Part shown: positions 20,601 to 30,540 of the stretch, one piece after another | Position numbering within the stretch: position 1 is the stretch's first letter | Layout of the letters: every line of letters starts with the position of its first letter | Origin: Bacteroidota bacterium | Lineage (GTDB): Bacteria > Bacteroidota > JABWAT01 | Assembly: GCA_013360915.1 (NCBI GenBank) | Contig: JABWAT010000001.1 | Span: forward strand, 468,981-532,980 | DNA length: 64,000 nucleotides | Reading direction: 5' to 3' | Position numbers and translations under genes: made by a program | The notes under the pieces: generated by a model | Database searches by the model: none | The model's input: only the letters and a program-made list of their open reading frames with translations | What the model was told of the DNA's origin: nothing

Positions 20601-21816
20601 GTGTAAATCCCTGATTAAAGTCTGTCGTCTGAAGTCTGGTCTGAAGTCTGATGGTCACCGTCTGAACAGAATCTGTTTCCCGGCTGCGGATCATCAGGGG
20701 CAACCGGATGCGCTCCCCTGCCTGAACCAGAACCGAATCGATGGCAGGAATCATGCTGAAGCGTTGGTCCGGAACCGAAATTCTGATCCATTCCGGGCTT
20801 TTTCCATGATTATCAGCCGAAATCCAATATCCGTTCACTCTGTCTTCACCTACCTGCCGTGCCACCATATCGGTGTTTCGGGTCACCGTCAATTCGACGG
20901 TTTGGTGGGTAACCACAAAAAAACCTGTCAAAAGTAGCAGAACCACACCACCTGCTCCAAATAAGGTGGCATTATCATGCAGCAGGGACTGACGGGTTTC
21001 CCTCGAGTGATAACTGACCAGGTTTTCTTTTCCCTTTCTGGTCATGATAGGCTCACATGCATCAATACAAGCCCCGCAGGCAATACAGGCCATCTGCAAT
21101 CCATCCCGGATGTCAATTCCGGCCGGACAGACGCGTGAACACATGGTACATTGGGTGCAATCATTTTCACGGCTTTTATCAAAGCCGATAATCAGTGTGG
21201 TGGGCTTAAAAATGGCACTTTGTAACTTGGCGTAAGGGCAGATGTATTCACAGAAAGACTGCCGTACAATGGCAATATCCAGAAACAGGACCAGAAAAGT
21301 GACGATTAGCGATCCGGCAAGAAAGACAGAAACCGAACCGGATGACAAACGGTCAGAAAATTCGTATGGGCTGATAAAGTACCAGATAATATCAAGGGTC
21401 ACCAGACAGATGAAAAGAAAAATGGTGAACCAGGTTCCTGCCATTCTTAAGGCACGTTCGGTTCCCCGGATTGATTGACGGGGCATCCAGAATTTTTCAA
21501 ACCATCTGACGAAGTCTGTCAGAATGGTTTGCGGACAGATCCATCCGCACCAGATCCTTCCCCAAACCATGGTTACCCAGATCAGCAAAGCGGTCAGTGC
21601 CAGGGTGAGTGACAGGAAAATATGGAAATCGGTAAATGAATAAACCGAGAAAAATAAATGATATTCCATCCGTTCAACATCAAAACGGAAAAAGCTGATG
21701 CCATCGGAAACTAAAAACGGAATGCCAATCATGATCAGAAAAAACAAACTGATCGTCCACCGTCTTCTGGCTGCAAATTTGCCTTTTTCAGGGTAATAGT
21801 AAGGGACCTTGCGCAT
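20593..21816 (-). CDS. ccoG: Cytochrome c oxidase accessory protein CcoG/FixG (4Fe-4S)
   Basis: GRIWCGWICPQT, FCEYICPY, CTQCTMCSRVCP and CIACGACIDAC motifs. Confidence 0.93.
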   Translation of the reverse strand: MRKVPYYYPEKGKFAARRRWTISLFFLIMIGIPFLVSDGISFFRFDVERMEYHLFFSVYSFTDFHIFLSLTLALTALLIWVTMVWGRIWCGWICPQTILTDFVRWFEKFWMPRQSIRGTERALRMAGTWFTIFLFICLVTLDIIWYFISPYEFSDRLSSGSVSVFLAGSLIVTFLVLFLDIAIVRQSFCEYICPYAKLQSAIFKPTTLIIGFDKSRENDCTQCTMCSRVCPAGIDIRDGLQMACIACGACIDACEPIMTRKGKENLVSYHSRETRQSLLHDNATLFGAGGVVLLLLTGFFVVTHQTVELTVTRNTDMVARQVGEDRVNGYWISADNHGKSPEWIRISVPDQRFSMIPAIDSVLVQAGERIRLPLMIRSRETDSVQTVTIRLQTRLQTTDFNQGFTRE

Positions 21817-21889
21817 GTTATTTTCCTCTGTTTTCTTTCAGAGGATTCTTTGAGTGGGTGGTGTCACCGGACAGGATGAGAATCCGGTT

Positions 21890-21926
21890 AAAAAAAAGCC
21901 GGTACCAGAACCTGATACCGGCTTTT
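21890..21926 (-). terminator. Intrinsic terminator after ccoP
   Basis: AAAAGCCGGTA...TACCGGCTTTT hairpin with an A8 run on + (T-run on -). Separates ccoNOQP from ccoGHIS. Confidence 0.75.
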
Positions 21927-21946
21927 GTGCTCAATTGCAGAATAGC

Positions 21947-22462
21947 TCAGGGCTTGACAGACAGCGAGTGCACAAAGGCAGTCAGTTTGAGTAAATCATC
22001 CTGGCTGAATTGTGTTTTGTAGCCGGGCATGCCTTTCGGACGACCAACTTCAATGGATTTGTAGATGGGTTTCGGGTCACCACCATACAACCACTCTGCA
22101 TCATTCAGGACAGGACCGATTCCGCCTTCACCTGCAGCGCCATGGCATGGAGAACAAGTTGCTGCGTAGGTGGTTCCTCCTGCTGCAATTGCCTCGGCAA
22201 CACCATAGTACATATCATACTGAATGGTATCCGCAGTGGCTGCTGCTTTTTTCTTTTCATAAACAGCCATGGTCTCTTTAAACTCACCTTCCTGAGTCCA
22301 TCCGGAAATTCCCGGCAGGTACTGCGGAATGTAATAAACACCAAAAGCCAGCAGAATCAGGGCAAGTACAATAAAGCTGAAGGGCAATTTGTGCTTGCTT
22401 TCATTCCGGTATGAAATATCATCGTAATCGGATTCAGGTTTTGGTTTTTCCTGATTTTCCAT
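21947..22462 (-). CDS. ccoP: cbb3 oxidase subunit III, short mono-haem CcoP
   Basis: N-terminal TM (KLPFSF...GVYY), a single CSPCH haem motif, GGIGPVL and GMPGY. Start at ATG 22462 with a GAGGAG RBS. Confidence 0.85.
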   Translation of the reverse strand: MENQEKPKPESDYDDISYRNESKHKLPFSFIVLALILLAFGVYYIPQYLPGISGWTQEGEFKETMAVYEKKKAAATADTIQYDMYYGVAEAIAAGGTTYAATCSPCHGAAGEGGIGPVLNDAEWLYGGDPKPIYKSIEVGRPKGMPGYKTQFSQDDLLKLTAFVHSLSVKP

Positions 22463-22598
22463 TTGAAAACTCCTCGTCATCGTTTAAAATATCGTACTTC
22501 GGCTGCTCGACCGATTCTTTTACAGAATTTCTGTAATAATAAATAATGATCCCGATCATGATCAACCCGAGTACAACCGTAAGAATTACATATGCCAT
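22434..22598 (-). CDS. ccoQ: cbb3 oxidase subunit CcoQ (54 aa; absent from ORF track)
   Basis: Translated manually: MAYVILTVVLGLIMIGIIIYYYRNSVKESVEQPKYDILNDDEEFSNGKSGKTKT. Single TM followed by E-x-PKY-x-I-L-x-DD, located between ccoO and ccoP. Confidence 0.85.
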   Translation of the reverse strand: MAYVILTVVLGLIMIGIIIYYYRNSVKESVEQPKYDILNDDEEFSNGKSGKTKT

Positions 22599-22612
22599 TT
22601 GGTTTTTGATCC

Positions 22613-23290
22613 TTATTGCACCTGAGCGGAATCGGATGGGGCTGGAGCCGGTGCAGGTTCTTCGATGGTTTCCACGGGTGCTTTGGCAATCATGGTACCC
22701 AAAACCTGAAGATAGGCAACCATGGCGTCCATTTCCGTTTTTCCATCAAGTTGTGCAGGAGCGGCTGCAATTTCTTCATCCGTGTATGGAACACCCAGCG
22801 TTTGGAGGGCTTTCATACGGGCGGTGATAGAACCTGCATCGGCCGGACGGGTTTCGAGCCAGGGATACGCCGGCATGTTCGAATCCTTCACGATTGACCG
22901 CGGATCCTTCATATGCTGAACGTGCCAGCTGTCGGGATACTTACCTCCGATCCGTGCCAGATCCGGGCCAGTCCGTTTGGAACCCCACAGGAAAGGCCTG
23001 TCATAGGCAAACTCACCCGATTTGGAGAATTCCCCATACCGTAACACCTCATCCCGTAAAGGACGGACCGTTTGAGTATGGCAATTGTTGCAGCCTTCGC
23101 GGATGTAGATATCGCGGCCTTCAAGTTCGAGCGCTGTGTATGGCCGGACTGTATCGATTTTTACTTCCATGGATTCCATGAAAAGCGGAATGAAGGCTGT
23201 AATCACGCTACCAATGAGAATGACCAGTAAGGCCAGTACAATCATAAGGAGCGGTTTACGCTCGACGATGTTAACCGATTGATCACTCAT
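22613..23290 (-). CDS. ccoO: cbb3 oxidase subunit II
   Basis: GRDIYIREGCNNCHTQ, WGSKRTGPDLAR and SNMPAY motifs. Confidence 0.96.
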   Translation of the reverse strand: MSDQSVNIVERKPLLMIVLALLVILIGSVITAFIPLFMESMEVKIDTVRPYTALELEGRDIYIREGCNNCHTQTVRPLRDEVLRYGEFSKSGEFAYDRPFLWGSKRTGPDLARIGGKYPDSWHVQHMKDPRSIVKDSNMPAYPWLETRPADAGSITARMKALQTLGVPYTDEEIAAAPAQLDGKTEMDAMVAYLQVLGTMIAKAPVETIEEPAPAPAPSDSAQVQ

Positions 23291-24702
23291 ATGGCACCTG
23301 CTGTCTTGACTGAACCTGCTGGTTCGTTTTCTTTAGAACTTTGAATGGTTTTATACATGTTCCAGGCAAACACAATAAATCCGGCAATAAAGATCACCCC
23401 GCCCACTGCGCGTAAATCCCAATAAGGATACGAGGCTGTGATGCTGTCCTGAATGGTGTATTTCAGACTTCCATCCGGATTGGTGGCTTTCCACATGGCG
23501 CCCTGCATGATGCCGGCAATCCACATGGTGATGGAATAAATAATCTGTCCGGTAAAGACGAGCCAGAAGTGCAGATTGGCCAGCCGGACCGAATACAGGT
23601 CGGTTTTATATAATTTCGGAATCACATAGTAGAAGGAAGCCATAATGGTCATAGCAAACCATCCCATGGTACCCATGTGAACGTGTCCCGGAACCCAATC
23701 GGTGTAATGGATCAGGGATGAAATGGACCGGATGGCCTGAGAAGGTCCCTGAAGGGTCTGCAGACCATAGAAGGTGATACCCATGATAAAAAACTTGGTC
23801 AGATAATTGGTACGCATCTGTTCCCAGTTTCCATTCATGGTCAGATAACCGTTGATGACCGATCCCCAACTGGGTGCAATCAGCATGATGGAAAAAGCAA
23901 TGGCCACCGTCTGAATCCAATCGGGAACCGGTGTCCAGATCAGGTGGTGGGCACCCGTCCACAAATACAGGAAGATCAATGACCAGAAAGCCACCAGGCT
24001 CAGACGATGGCTGTAAAGCGGAAGACCCGTGACTTTCGGGAGGAAGTAGAAAAAGATGGCCAGAATCGGAGCCGTGAAAATCATGGCAACGATGTTATGA
24101 CCATACCACCACTGCATGTTGGCATCATTCACACCTGCGTAGAGTGAATACGATTTGAACAAACCTGCTGGCAATGCCAGGTTGTTGAAAATATACAGGA
24201 TGGCCACCCCAAGTACCGAGGCGATGATGTACCAGAGTGATACATACATCTTATCGACGGTTTTGGTAAAAATGGTACCCAGCATGTTAATCGCATACAT
24301 GACCCAAACCAGCACGACCATGATGTCGACCGGCCATTCGAGTTCAGCATATTCCTTGGAACTGCTGTAACCAAGGCTGAGTGTAATCACAGCCACCACG
24401 ATGGTGAGGTTGTAAAACCAGAACATGGCTTTGGCAATTCCCGGTGCGAAAAGCGGTGCCTTGCTTAACCGGGGAACAAAGTAATAGGTCAACGCAAAAA
24501 TTCCAGAAAGACCAAAACCGAGTGCAGAGCCATTGGTATGGATAGCCCGGATTCTTCCATAAGTGAAATATTCGCTGAAATTTAATTGGGGATAGACCAT
24601 CTGGAGAGAAATCAGCACACCATATAACAGGGATGCCAGACCCCAGACAATCATTGACACAGTGAACGCTTTCACTGGCCAACTGTCATAACGTTCTTCC
24701 AT
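23287..24702 (-). CDS. ccoN: cbb3 oxidase subunit I
   Basis: YGRIRAIHTN, KEYAELEWP, WWYGHN, WTGAHH and GHVH motifs. ATG 24702 has an AGAGGAG RBS. Confidence 0.96.
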   Translation of the reverse strand: MEERYDSWPVKAFTVSMIVWGLASLLYGVLISLQMVYPQLNFSEYFTYGRIRAIHTNGSALGFGLSGIFALTYYFVPRLSKAPLFAPGIAKAMFWFYNLTIVVAVITLSLGYSSSKEYAELEWPVDIMVVLVWVMYAINMLGTIFTKTVDKMYVSLWYIIASVLGVAILYIFNNLALPAGLFKSYSLYAGVNDANMQWWYGHNIVAMIFTAPILAIFFYFLPKVTGLPLYSHRLSLVAFWSLIFLYLWTGAHHLIWTPVPDWIQTVAIAFSIMLIAPSWGSVINGYLTMNGNWEQMRTNYLTKFFIMGITFYGLQTLQGPSQAIRSISSLIHYTDWVPGHVHMGTMGWFAMTIMASFYYVIPKLYKTDLYSVRLANLHFWLVFTGQIIYSITMWIAGIMQGAMWKATNPDGSLKYTIQDSITASYPYWDLRAVGGVIFIAGFIVFAWNMYKTIQSSKENEPAGSVKTAGAI

Positions 24703-24927
24703 GAGCTCCTCTTTCGGTTTGAGTTCAGTCCTGCTGATCATCCGGCCGCACAAGCCCCGGGATTCATCAGGTACGGCTGCAAATATTTGCCTCGGTTCCT
24801 CTGATTTCTACTTTTTTTGTAATTTTTTCTGATTTCTAATTCTGCTCTAATAAAAGTCTCCATTTTTTATAAATCTGATTGGTGTTAACCCGATATACAT
24901 ATTATCAGGTCTTTTTTTCTGCTTGAA

Positions 24928-25143
24928 TCACCCGGGGAAGTTAAGAGAAAGTTGTGTATCCTGATCAGGGTCCTTTTTTACCCGATTCAGGCGGAGGAGT
25001 CGTTCCAGGTCGGGATGGCATGAATGACAACCTGTACCAGCCAATGTAAAATGTCCCAGCATTTCCACCGAAGAGGCTCCCCGGAGGATGGCTGCGACCA
25101 CCTCCTGTTCCCCCACAGATTGACAAAAGCACACGAGAGACAT
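24928..25143 (-). CDS. BFD-like (2Fe-2S)-binding protein
   Basis: MSLVCFC...AGTGCHSC. Start at 25143 forms a TAATG overlap with the SDR stop. Confidence 0.8.
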   Translation of the reverse strand: MSLVCFCQSVGEQEVVAAILRGASSVEMLGHFTLAGTGCHSCHPDLERLLRLNRVKKDPDQDTQLSLNFPG

Positions 25144-25814
25144 TATTTGTTCAGACGAATGGTGGATCCGTTGATGGCCGAGCCGGCCGGACTGATGAGA
25201 AACTCTATAAGCGCGGCGATTTCTGCTGGTTTTATCCATTTGTCAAAGCCACCATCGGGCATTGCTGTCCGGTTGGATGCGGTATCGATGATGGCTGGAA
25301 CAAGGGTATTCACAGTAATTCCTTTGCCACCTGCTTCACGTGCCAGTGTATCGGCCAGATAATGCAAAGAGGCTTTGCTGGCGCCATAGGCACCATAACC
25401 GGGGGAAGGAGACAAACCAGCTTCGGCTCCGATGAAAAGGACCGATGCATGAGGACTGTTCTTCAGCGATGGAATGACCAGCGGGACCAGATCAGAGGCC
25501 GAGAAAAAATTCATCTGCATCATATGATGCACCTGTTGCAGGGGTGTCATTTCCAAGGTGGAGCCTCCCCAGAAACCACCCGCCAGGTGAAACCAGGCCA
25601 TCAGATCGCCTGTTTCATATAATCGATCTGCAAGTTTCTGTTGTCCGGAAAGGTCTCCGGCGGTCCATTGGACCCACTCAACCATCGGATGAACCAGACC
25701 GGGTTTCTGCCCGGACCACGTTCCCAGCACCCGGTACGATTTTGATGAAAAATGTTGAACCAGAGGTAACCCCAATTGACCGGATGCACCGGTTATCAGA
25801 ATGGTCTTCACCAT
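25143..25814 (-). CDS. SDR family oxidoreductase
   Basis: TGASGQLG nucleotide-binding motif and YGASK catalytic motif. Confidence 0.9.
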   Translation of the reverse strand: MVKTILITGASGQLGLPLVQHFSSKSYRVLGTWSGQKPGLVHPMVEWVQWTAGDLSGQQKLADRLYETGDLMAWFHLAGGFWGGSTLEMTPLQQVHHMMQMNFFSASDLVPLVIPSLKNSPHASVLFIGAEAGLSPSPGYGAYGASKASLHYLADTLAREAGGKGITVNTLVPAIIDTASNRTAMPDGGFDKWIKPAEIAALIEFLISPAGSAINGSTIRLNK

Positions 25815-27196
25815 TATCGCTCCCAGTTTCTGCGTGTTTCTAGCCAGAAATCTTCATAATTGGCGAACCGGTCAAAAGTATACCCCACTATGACATCATC
25901 CACCCGGATCGGAGTGAATATCAATGGAATGTTCTGGCCCACCCGACGGTAAAAATAGTACCAGGTCAGTTGGGTGGGAGTCCATTCTACCATGACCGGA
26001 GGCCCAAGGACAATGTAGGTCATGCCCAGATCGGTGCGCCAACCCGGTTTATATCCTGAGAAAAACCGGTTGGCTTCTTCTGCCCGCTCATAGAATTGGG
26101 CAATTTTGCGTTTGGCAACGGCAGGGTTGCCTTCAGTCAGGTTCAACCAGAAAGCATCAAAGTTGGATTTCAGCAGGGAGTCTCCCCCGGAAACAATCCG
26201 TTCAAATTCAGAAGTGGTTGCCAGATAACGAACGACCGACACAGCATCATGAAGGTTTCTGATGTAGGGATGAGTTTCGGGAAAAACGTGGAACACTTCC
26301 TTTCTGGATGTATACGTCTGAACAGATGTCTTTACAAGCAATGTGGCATAATAAGTGCCCAGCTTCAGTGTATCGGGAAATGGAAGGTTTAACGAAAGAG
26401 TCCCTGTTGAATGAAGGGTCAGGGATGAATCCAACAGGGTGAACTGATAGAGCGGATCGGTCAGTTTATAGCCCCGGGTTTCAATGGAGCCCATAATGGG
26501 ATTCAATCCGTAAAGGGGTCGTGCAATCACGGTATCACTTTTAACCCGGGTGATCATCAAGAGTATTCTGGCATCCAGCGAATCGAGACCTGAATGACCA
26601 ATGTCAAAAGAGATCTGGGCTTCCCTGCCCGGTCCGATTGGAAGCTGTTTGGTCACAGATACATCCCCGAAGTTAGGAGAATCGAGAAACCGGATGGAAG
26701 AGAGCTGAATTTTGTAGTCTTTCGGGTCGATGGTGTAAACTGTGGTAATCTTATAATCTGATCCGGAAATTTCATCGGTCACCAAACCTTCGACCCGAAA
26801 TCCACCTGATTCCAGAGGAAGTCCGACCTGAATTTTCTCAAAGACCTGTTGCTGGGTTTCCTCATAGGATTTCAACTGTCTTGCGATCAAAATGGTGGTA
26901 TCGAGTACAACCGTTCCCGTTATTTTACTGACCTGGAGTCTGAGCTGAAGGGAACCATGGTACGAATCCCCGTTTTGCGCAAAGGTGATTTCGTTCCGGG
27001 GAATCTGCAGAGAGAAATAGATCCGGGATTGATTATCCCTGATCATTGAATACAAGGCGTAATTGATATGTTTGCGGGTGAAAGGATTCATCTGATCAGA
27101 GATATATTCTCTGACCGAATCGGAAGGTGCACAGCCCTGAATCAGGCCTGCCAAGATTGGCAGACTCCATGCAAGGCCCTTCAAAACTCGTTTCAT
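25814..27196 (-). CDS. GWxTD domain-containing lipoprotein
   Basis: Lipobox IQGC; C-terminal FDAFW...ANRFFS..KPGWRTDLGMTYIVLGPP. Confidence 0.85.
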   Translation of the reverse strand: MKRVLKGLAWSLPILAGLIQGCAPSDSVREYISDQMNPFTRKHINYALYSMIRDNQSRIYFSLQIPRNEITFAQNGDSYHGSLQLRLQVSKITGTVVLDTTILIARQLKSYEETQQQVFEKIQVGLPLESGGFRVEGLVTDEISGSDYKITTVYTIDPKDYKIQLSSIRFLDSPNFGDVSVTKQLPIGPGREAQISFDIGHSGLDSLDARILLMITRVKSDTVIARPLYGLNPIMGSIETRGYKLTDPLYQFTLLDSSLTLHSTGTLSLNLPFPDTLKLGTYYATLLVKTSVQTYTSRKEVFHVFPETHPYIRNLHDAVSVVRYLATTSEFERIVSGGDSLLKSNFDAFWLNLTEGNPAVAKRKIAQFYERAEEANRFFSGYKPGWRTDLGMTYIVLGPPVMVEWTPTQLTWYYFYRRVGQNIPLIFTPIRVDDVIVGYTFDRFANYEDFWLETRRNWER

Positions 27197-27218
27197 GACC
27201 ACCCTCCGTTCTTAATCA

Positions 27219-29240
27219 CTACAATCTGCCTGTGTAAGTGGTTTCATTGCCTTTTCGGTCACTGACTCTGATGACCGCAAGATACTCATCGGCTGGTTTA
27301 ATCCGCTCGGGATGAACAACGGCCACTTTTCTCTCCGGATCGAGATCGGCCCGACACCAGACGCCATTGATCAGAACCTGAAAAGATGAATAATCAATTC
27401 CCGAAATCCGATCCTCCAGATCGACCAGAAAAAGAGTCCCTGGCTTCCAGTTTTTCTTTTTCCGGACAGAGAGCACCGGTGGCTCGGTATCTTTACCGGG
27501 AGCAAAATAACCCGATCCGCCGACTGCGGCAGTCAGATACCCGGATTGAGACGATCCTCCTTCCCAGGCCCAGTCATTTCCAGTCCAGGTCATCAGTCCC
27601 CAATCAGAGGGGGACGGCACCGGAATCCGGACGGAAATGGACGACAGAAATGGTACCGTTTCCGGACCGATGAGGATCCGGTAAGTTTCCGGCTGTTGTG
27701 GTGAGCCAGATTCCCTGATGAACAGCCAGGAATTTTCGAACCGGCTGTTCTGACGAATGGTCAGATCTGTTCCGGATGGAAGTTCGAGAAGAATTTCGTC
27801 GGTGGTCGCCACCCAATAGGCATTCACTTCTGATGAATAGAGACGGCCCGTTGCATGATAGACCGAGGTTCGGATGGATATCACCCGCTCGCCTGATGGA
27901 ACGGGATACCACAACCATACACCCTGCTCATTGCTTTCTGCAAAATCAGGCAAGACAAAACGACCGTTCAGTTCGGTGGTTACCGTCATCATCCGCTGAT
28001 GCAACTGGTTTCCCCGGAGTCTGATTCTGAACTGATCGAACTGACTGACCACCTCTATACTGTCAATTTCTCCCGACCGGACCCAACCCGAACCCGCGGC
28101 GATTTTGTATCCGTTTTTACCAGCATCGGTATTTTCGCGCTGAAGTCCGGGCAGCAGGGCCTGAGCACGTACCGGAACAGGTTCGGTATCAGCCATCAGG
28201 ACCGATTCCCGTTTGATCAGCACCGGTTGCTGTCGCCTGATTTCATTTCCGTGAAAATCTTTCATGCTGATCTGAAGGGTGTGAACCCCATCTTCCAACT
28301 GACCGAACCAGAACTCAGGATCCTGAGTCACCGGTTGAGTGACCGGATTATCCGGAACCGGAAACAGCCGTACCGGACGACCATATCCCATACGGATACT
28401 TTCAAAATCCCGATGAACATGGATGAATTTTGCCAATCCGATCGGGTAACTGTCATAAACCGACTGATACAACAACCGGTCACCGACCGAAAGGGTCATC
28501 TGATAAATTCCAAGCCGGTTGGTTCCGTTGGTTGTATGATCCTGTCCTTCGGCCAGCACACCAAACGGACCTGTTATCACCGGGATGTCAGATGGGGTGG
28601 TTTCAGGATCGAACGTGTCGGTCACATTCAACCGGTGAGTAAGCCGTGAACCATTAATGGTGGTTTCCCGGGAGAGCGGAACCAGAGCCAATCGTTTTAT
28701 TTCGGGCGGCCTTGTATCCTGAACTTCACTGCCATGTGCAAAAAGCGGATTGATGACCCGGTCTTCCTTGTCACGGATTTCATAATGAAGGTGAGGAGTC
28801 CCGATGCCCGATTCCCCTGTAAAGGCGATCAGATCTCCCCGTTTCACAGGAAATTCTTCGGGGCTGAAGGACAGGTTCAAACTGTTTTTCTGAAGCCGGT
28901 AGTGTTCTCTGATAATTCGTTTCTCTAAAGCACCGTTAAATCGTTCCAGGTGGGCGTATACGGTGACAAAACCACCCGGGTGCGTCAGATAGACCACCTT
29001 GCCGTATCCGGTGGGAGAAACCCGTATTCTGGAAACATAGCCACGCTCGGCGGCAAACACCTTATACCCGGTTTTATTCCAGGTTTTCACATCAAGCCCG
29101 TAATGGAAGTGGGTGGACCTGAATTCCATAAATGAGGAAGTGAGTTCCGTGCTTGCATCGGTCGGCCAGAGAAAATCCAATCCGTGTTGCAGCCAACCGG
29201 GCTGATTCAGTTGCAGAAGAAGTAGTAAACCTGTAACCAT
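27219..29240 (-). CDS. M23 family metallopeptidase
   Basis: HFHYGLD (HxxxD), YAHL and PHLHYEIR (HxH) motifs. Confidence 0.9.
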   Translation of the reverse strand: MVTGLLLLLQLNQPGWLQHGLDFLWPTDASTELTSSFMEFRSTHFHYGLDVKTWNKTGYKVFAAERGYVSRIRVSPTGYGKVVYLTHPGGFVTVYAHLERFNGALEKRIIREHYRLQKNSLNLSFSPEEFPVKRGDLIAFTGESGIGTPHLHYEIRDKEDRVINPLFAHGSEVQDTRPPEIKRLALVPLSRETTINGSRLTHRLNVTDTFDPETTPSDIPVITGPFGVLAEGQDHTTNGTNRLGIYQMTLSVGDRLLYQSVYDSYPIGLAKFIHVHRDFESIRMGYGRPVRLFPVPDNPVTQPVTQDPEFWFGQLEDGVHTLQISMKDFHGNEIRRQQPVLIKRESVLMADTEPVPVRAQALLPGLQRENTDAGKNGYKIAAGSGWVRSGEIDSIEVVSQFDQFRIRLRGNQLHQRMMTVTTELNGRFVLPDFAESNEQGVWLWYPVPSGERVISIRTSVYHATGRLYSSEVNAYWVATTDEILLELPSGTDLTIRQNSRFENSWLFIRESGSPQQPETYRILIGPETVPFLSSISVRIPVPSPSDWGLMTWTGNDWAWEGGSSQSGYLTAAVGGSGYFAPGKDTEPPVLSVRKKKNWKPGTLFLVDLEDRISGIDYSSFQVLINGVWCRADLDPERKVAVVHPERIKPADEYLAVIRVSDRKGNETTYTGRL

Positions 29241-29890
29241 CAGGAACCAACCGTAAAGACAGTCTCTCCGATTTCAGAGATGGAAACAGACACCACATCA
29301 CCGGAATTCAGGGGCCCTACTCCATCGGGCGTTCCGGTGAAAATGAGATCACCCGGCTCGAGTGTAAAAATGCCAGACAGATAGCTGATCAGAACCGGAA
29401 TCGGAAAAATCATATCGCCGGTGTTGCCATCCTGCCTGCAGACCCCATTGACCTCACAACGAATCCGAAGATTCTGCGGGTCAGAAACGCTGCGGGTAAA
29501 AAGTCCGATGGGAGCCGATGCATCAAAGGCCTTTGCCAGTTCCCATGGCAAACCGCCCGACTTTAACTCCTGCTGAACATCACGTAAAGTCAGATCGAGT
29601 CCGATGCCATAACCAGCCACATGATCAAGGGCTGCCTCTGCCGTTATATGTCGCCCGCCTTTTCCGATAAGGACCACCAATTCGGCCTCATGATGCAATT
29701 CCTTTCCATGTCGGGGAAAGGGGATGGGTTGGTCTGATGGCCACAACGCGGTGAGGGGTTTCATAAACACCACCGGTTTACCAGGAACCTGATTTCCAAG
29801 TTCCCGGGCATGCTTCGCATAATTCCGGCCAATGGCGAAGATTTTGCGTGGTTGAATGGGGCTGGCAGATGGATGTAACGTTATTTCCAT
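29240..29890 (-). CDS. Fumarylacetoacetate hydrolase family protein
   Basis: IGRNYAKH, HHEAEL, DLTLRD and TGTPDGVG motifs. Start moved to ATG 29890. Confidence 0.92.
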   Translation of the reverse strand: MEITLHPSASPIQPRKIFAIGRNYAKHARELGNQVPGKPVVFMKPLTALWPSDQPIPFPRHGKELHHEAELVVLIGKGGRHITAEAALDHVAGYGIGLDLTLRDVQQELKSGGLPWELAKAFDASAPIGLFTRSVSDPQNLRIRCEVNGVCRQDGNTGDMIFPIPVLISYLSGIFTLEPGDLIFTGTPDGVGPLNSGDVVSVSISEIGETVFTVGS

Positions 29891-30057
29891 GGACAATCCT
29901 GCTGGGGCAAAATGACGATCAGTGAGCTGATCCGGGGCATAAAACAAGCTGCTTTAAAGATACACAACCTTCCTGTTTCAAGTCCATTCAATCCGCTCAG
30001 GAACGGTTTTGATTTCTCGGTTAATTTTAGTTTCTTATTTATAACCAATCTCAAAAA

Positions 30058-30540
30058 ATGTCACAACCCATTTCTGCCGGATTATTGATGTACCGCGTTC
30101 GTGAACGCCAGTTAGAGGTGTTCCTTGCGCATCCCGGCGGACCCTATTTTAAAAACCGTGAATGGGGAGTCTGGAGTGTCCCGAAAGGATCGGTGGAGCC
30201 CAATGAGGAATTGCTTGAGACCGCCATCAGGGAGTTTCAGGAAGAAACCGGTCTGACTGTTCATACCAATGAACTGATTCCGTTGGGTTCGGTGATGCAA
30301 CGGGGCGGAAAGACGGTACATTGCTGGGCCTTCGAAGGAAATGTGTCTGCAGAAACACCCATTGTTTCGAACACCTTTCAGGTTGAATGGCCCCCCAACT
30401 CGGGACAGATTCAGGTGTATCCCGAAACCGACAAGGCCCGGTTTTTTCACTGCGAAATGGCAAAAAAGAAACTGAATCCCGCACAGGCTCATTTCGTTGA
30501 ACGGCTTCATGCCCACCTGAGAACCCGCAACCGGATTTAG
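30058..30540 (+). CDS. NUDIX hydrolase
   Basis: HPGGP motif and Nudix box PKGSVEPNEELLETAIREFQEETG. Confidence 0.92.
   Translation: MSQPISAGLLMYRVRERQLEVFLAHPGGPYFKNREWGVWSVPKGSVEPNEELLETAIREFQEETGLTVHTNELIPLGSVMQRGGKTVHCWAFEGNVSAETPIVSNTFQVEWPPNSGQIQVYPETDKARFFHCEMAKKKLNPAQAHFVERLHAHLRTRNRI

Noticed and set aside
22477-22689. 70-aa ORF between ccoO and ccoP as a ccoQ candidate
   Set aside because: No TM helix and wrong frame. The real ccoQ is 22434-22598.
24703-24927. FNR/Anr box upstream of ccoN
   Set aside because: No TTGAT-N4-ATCAA match found by eye.
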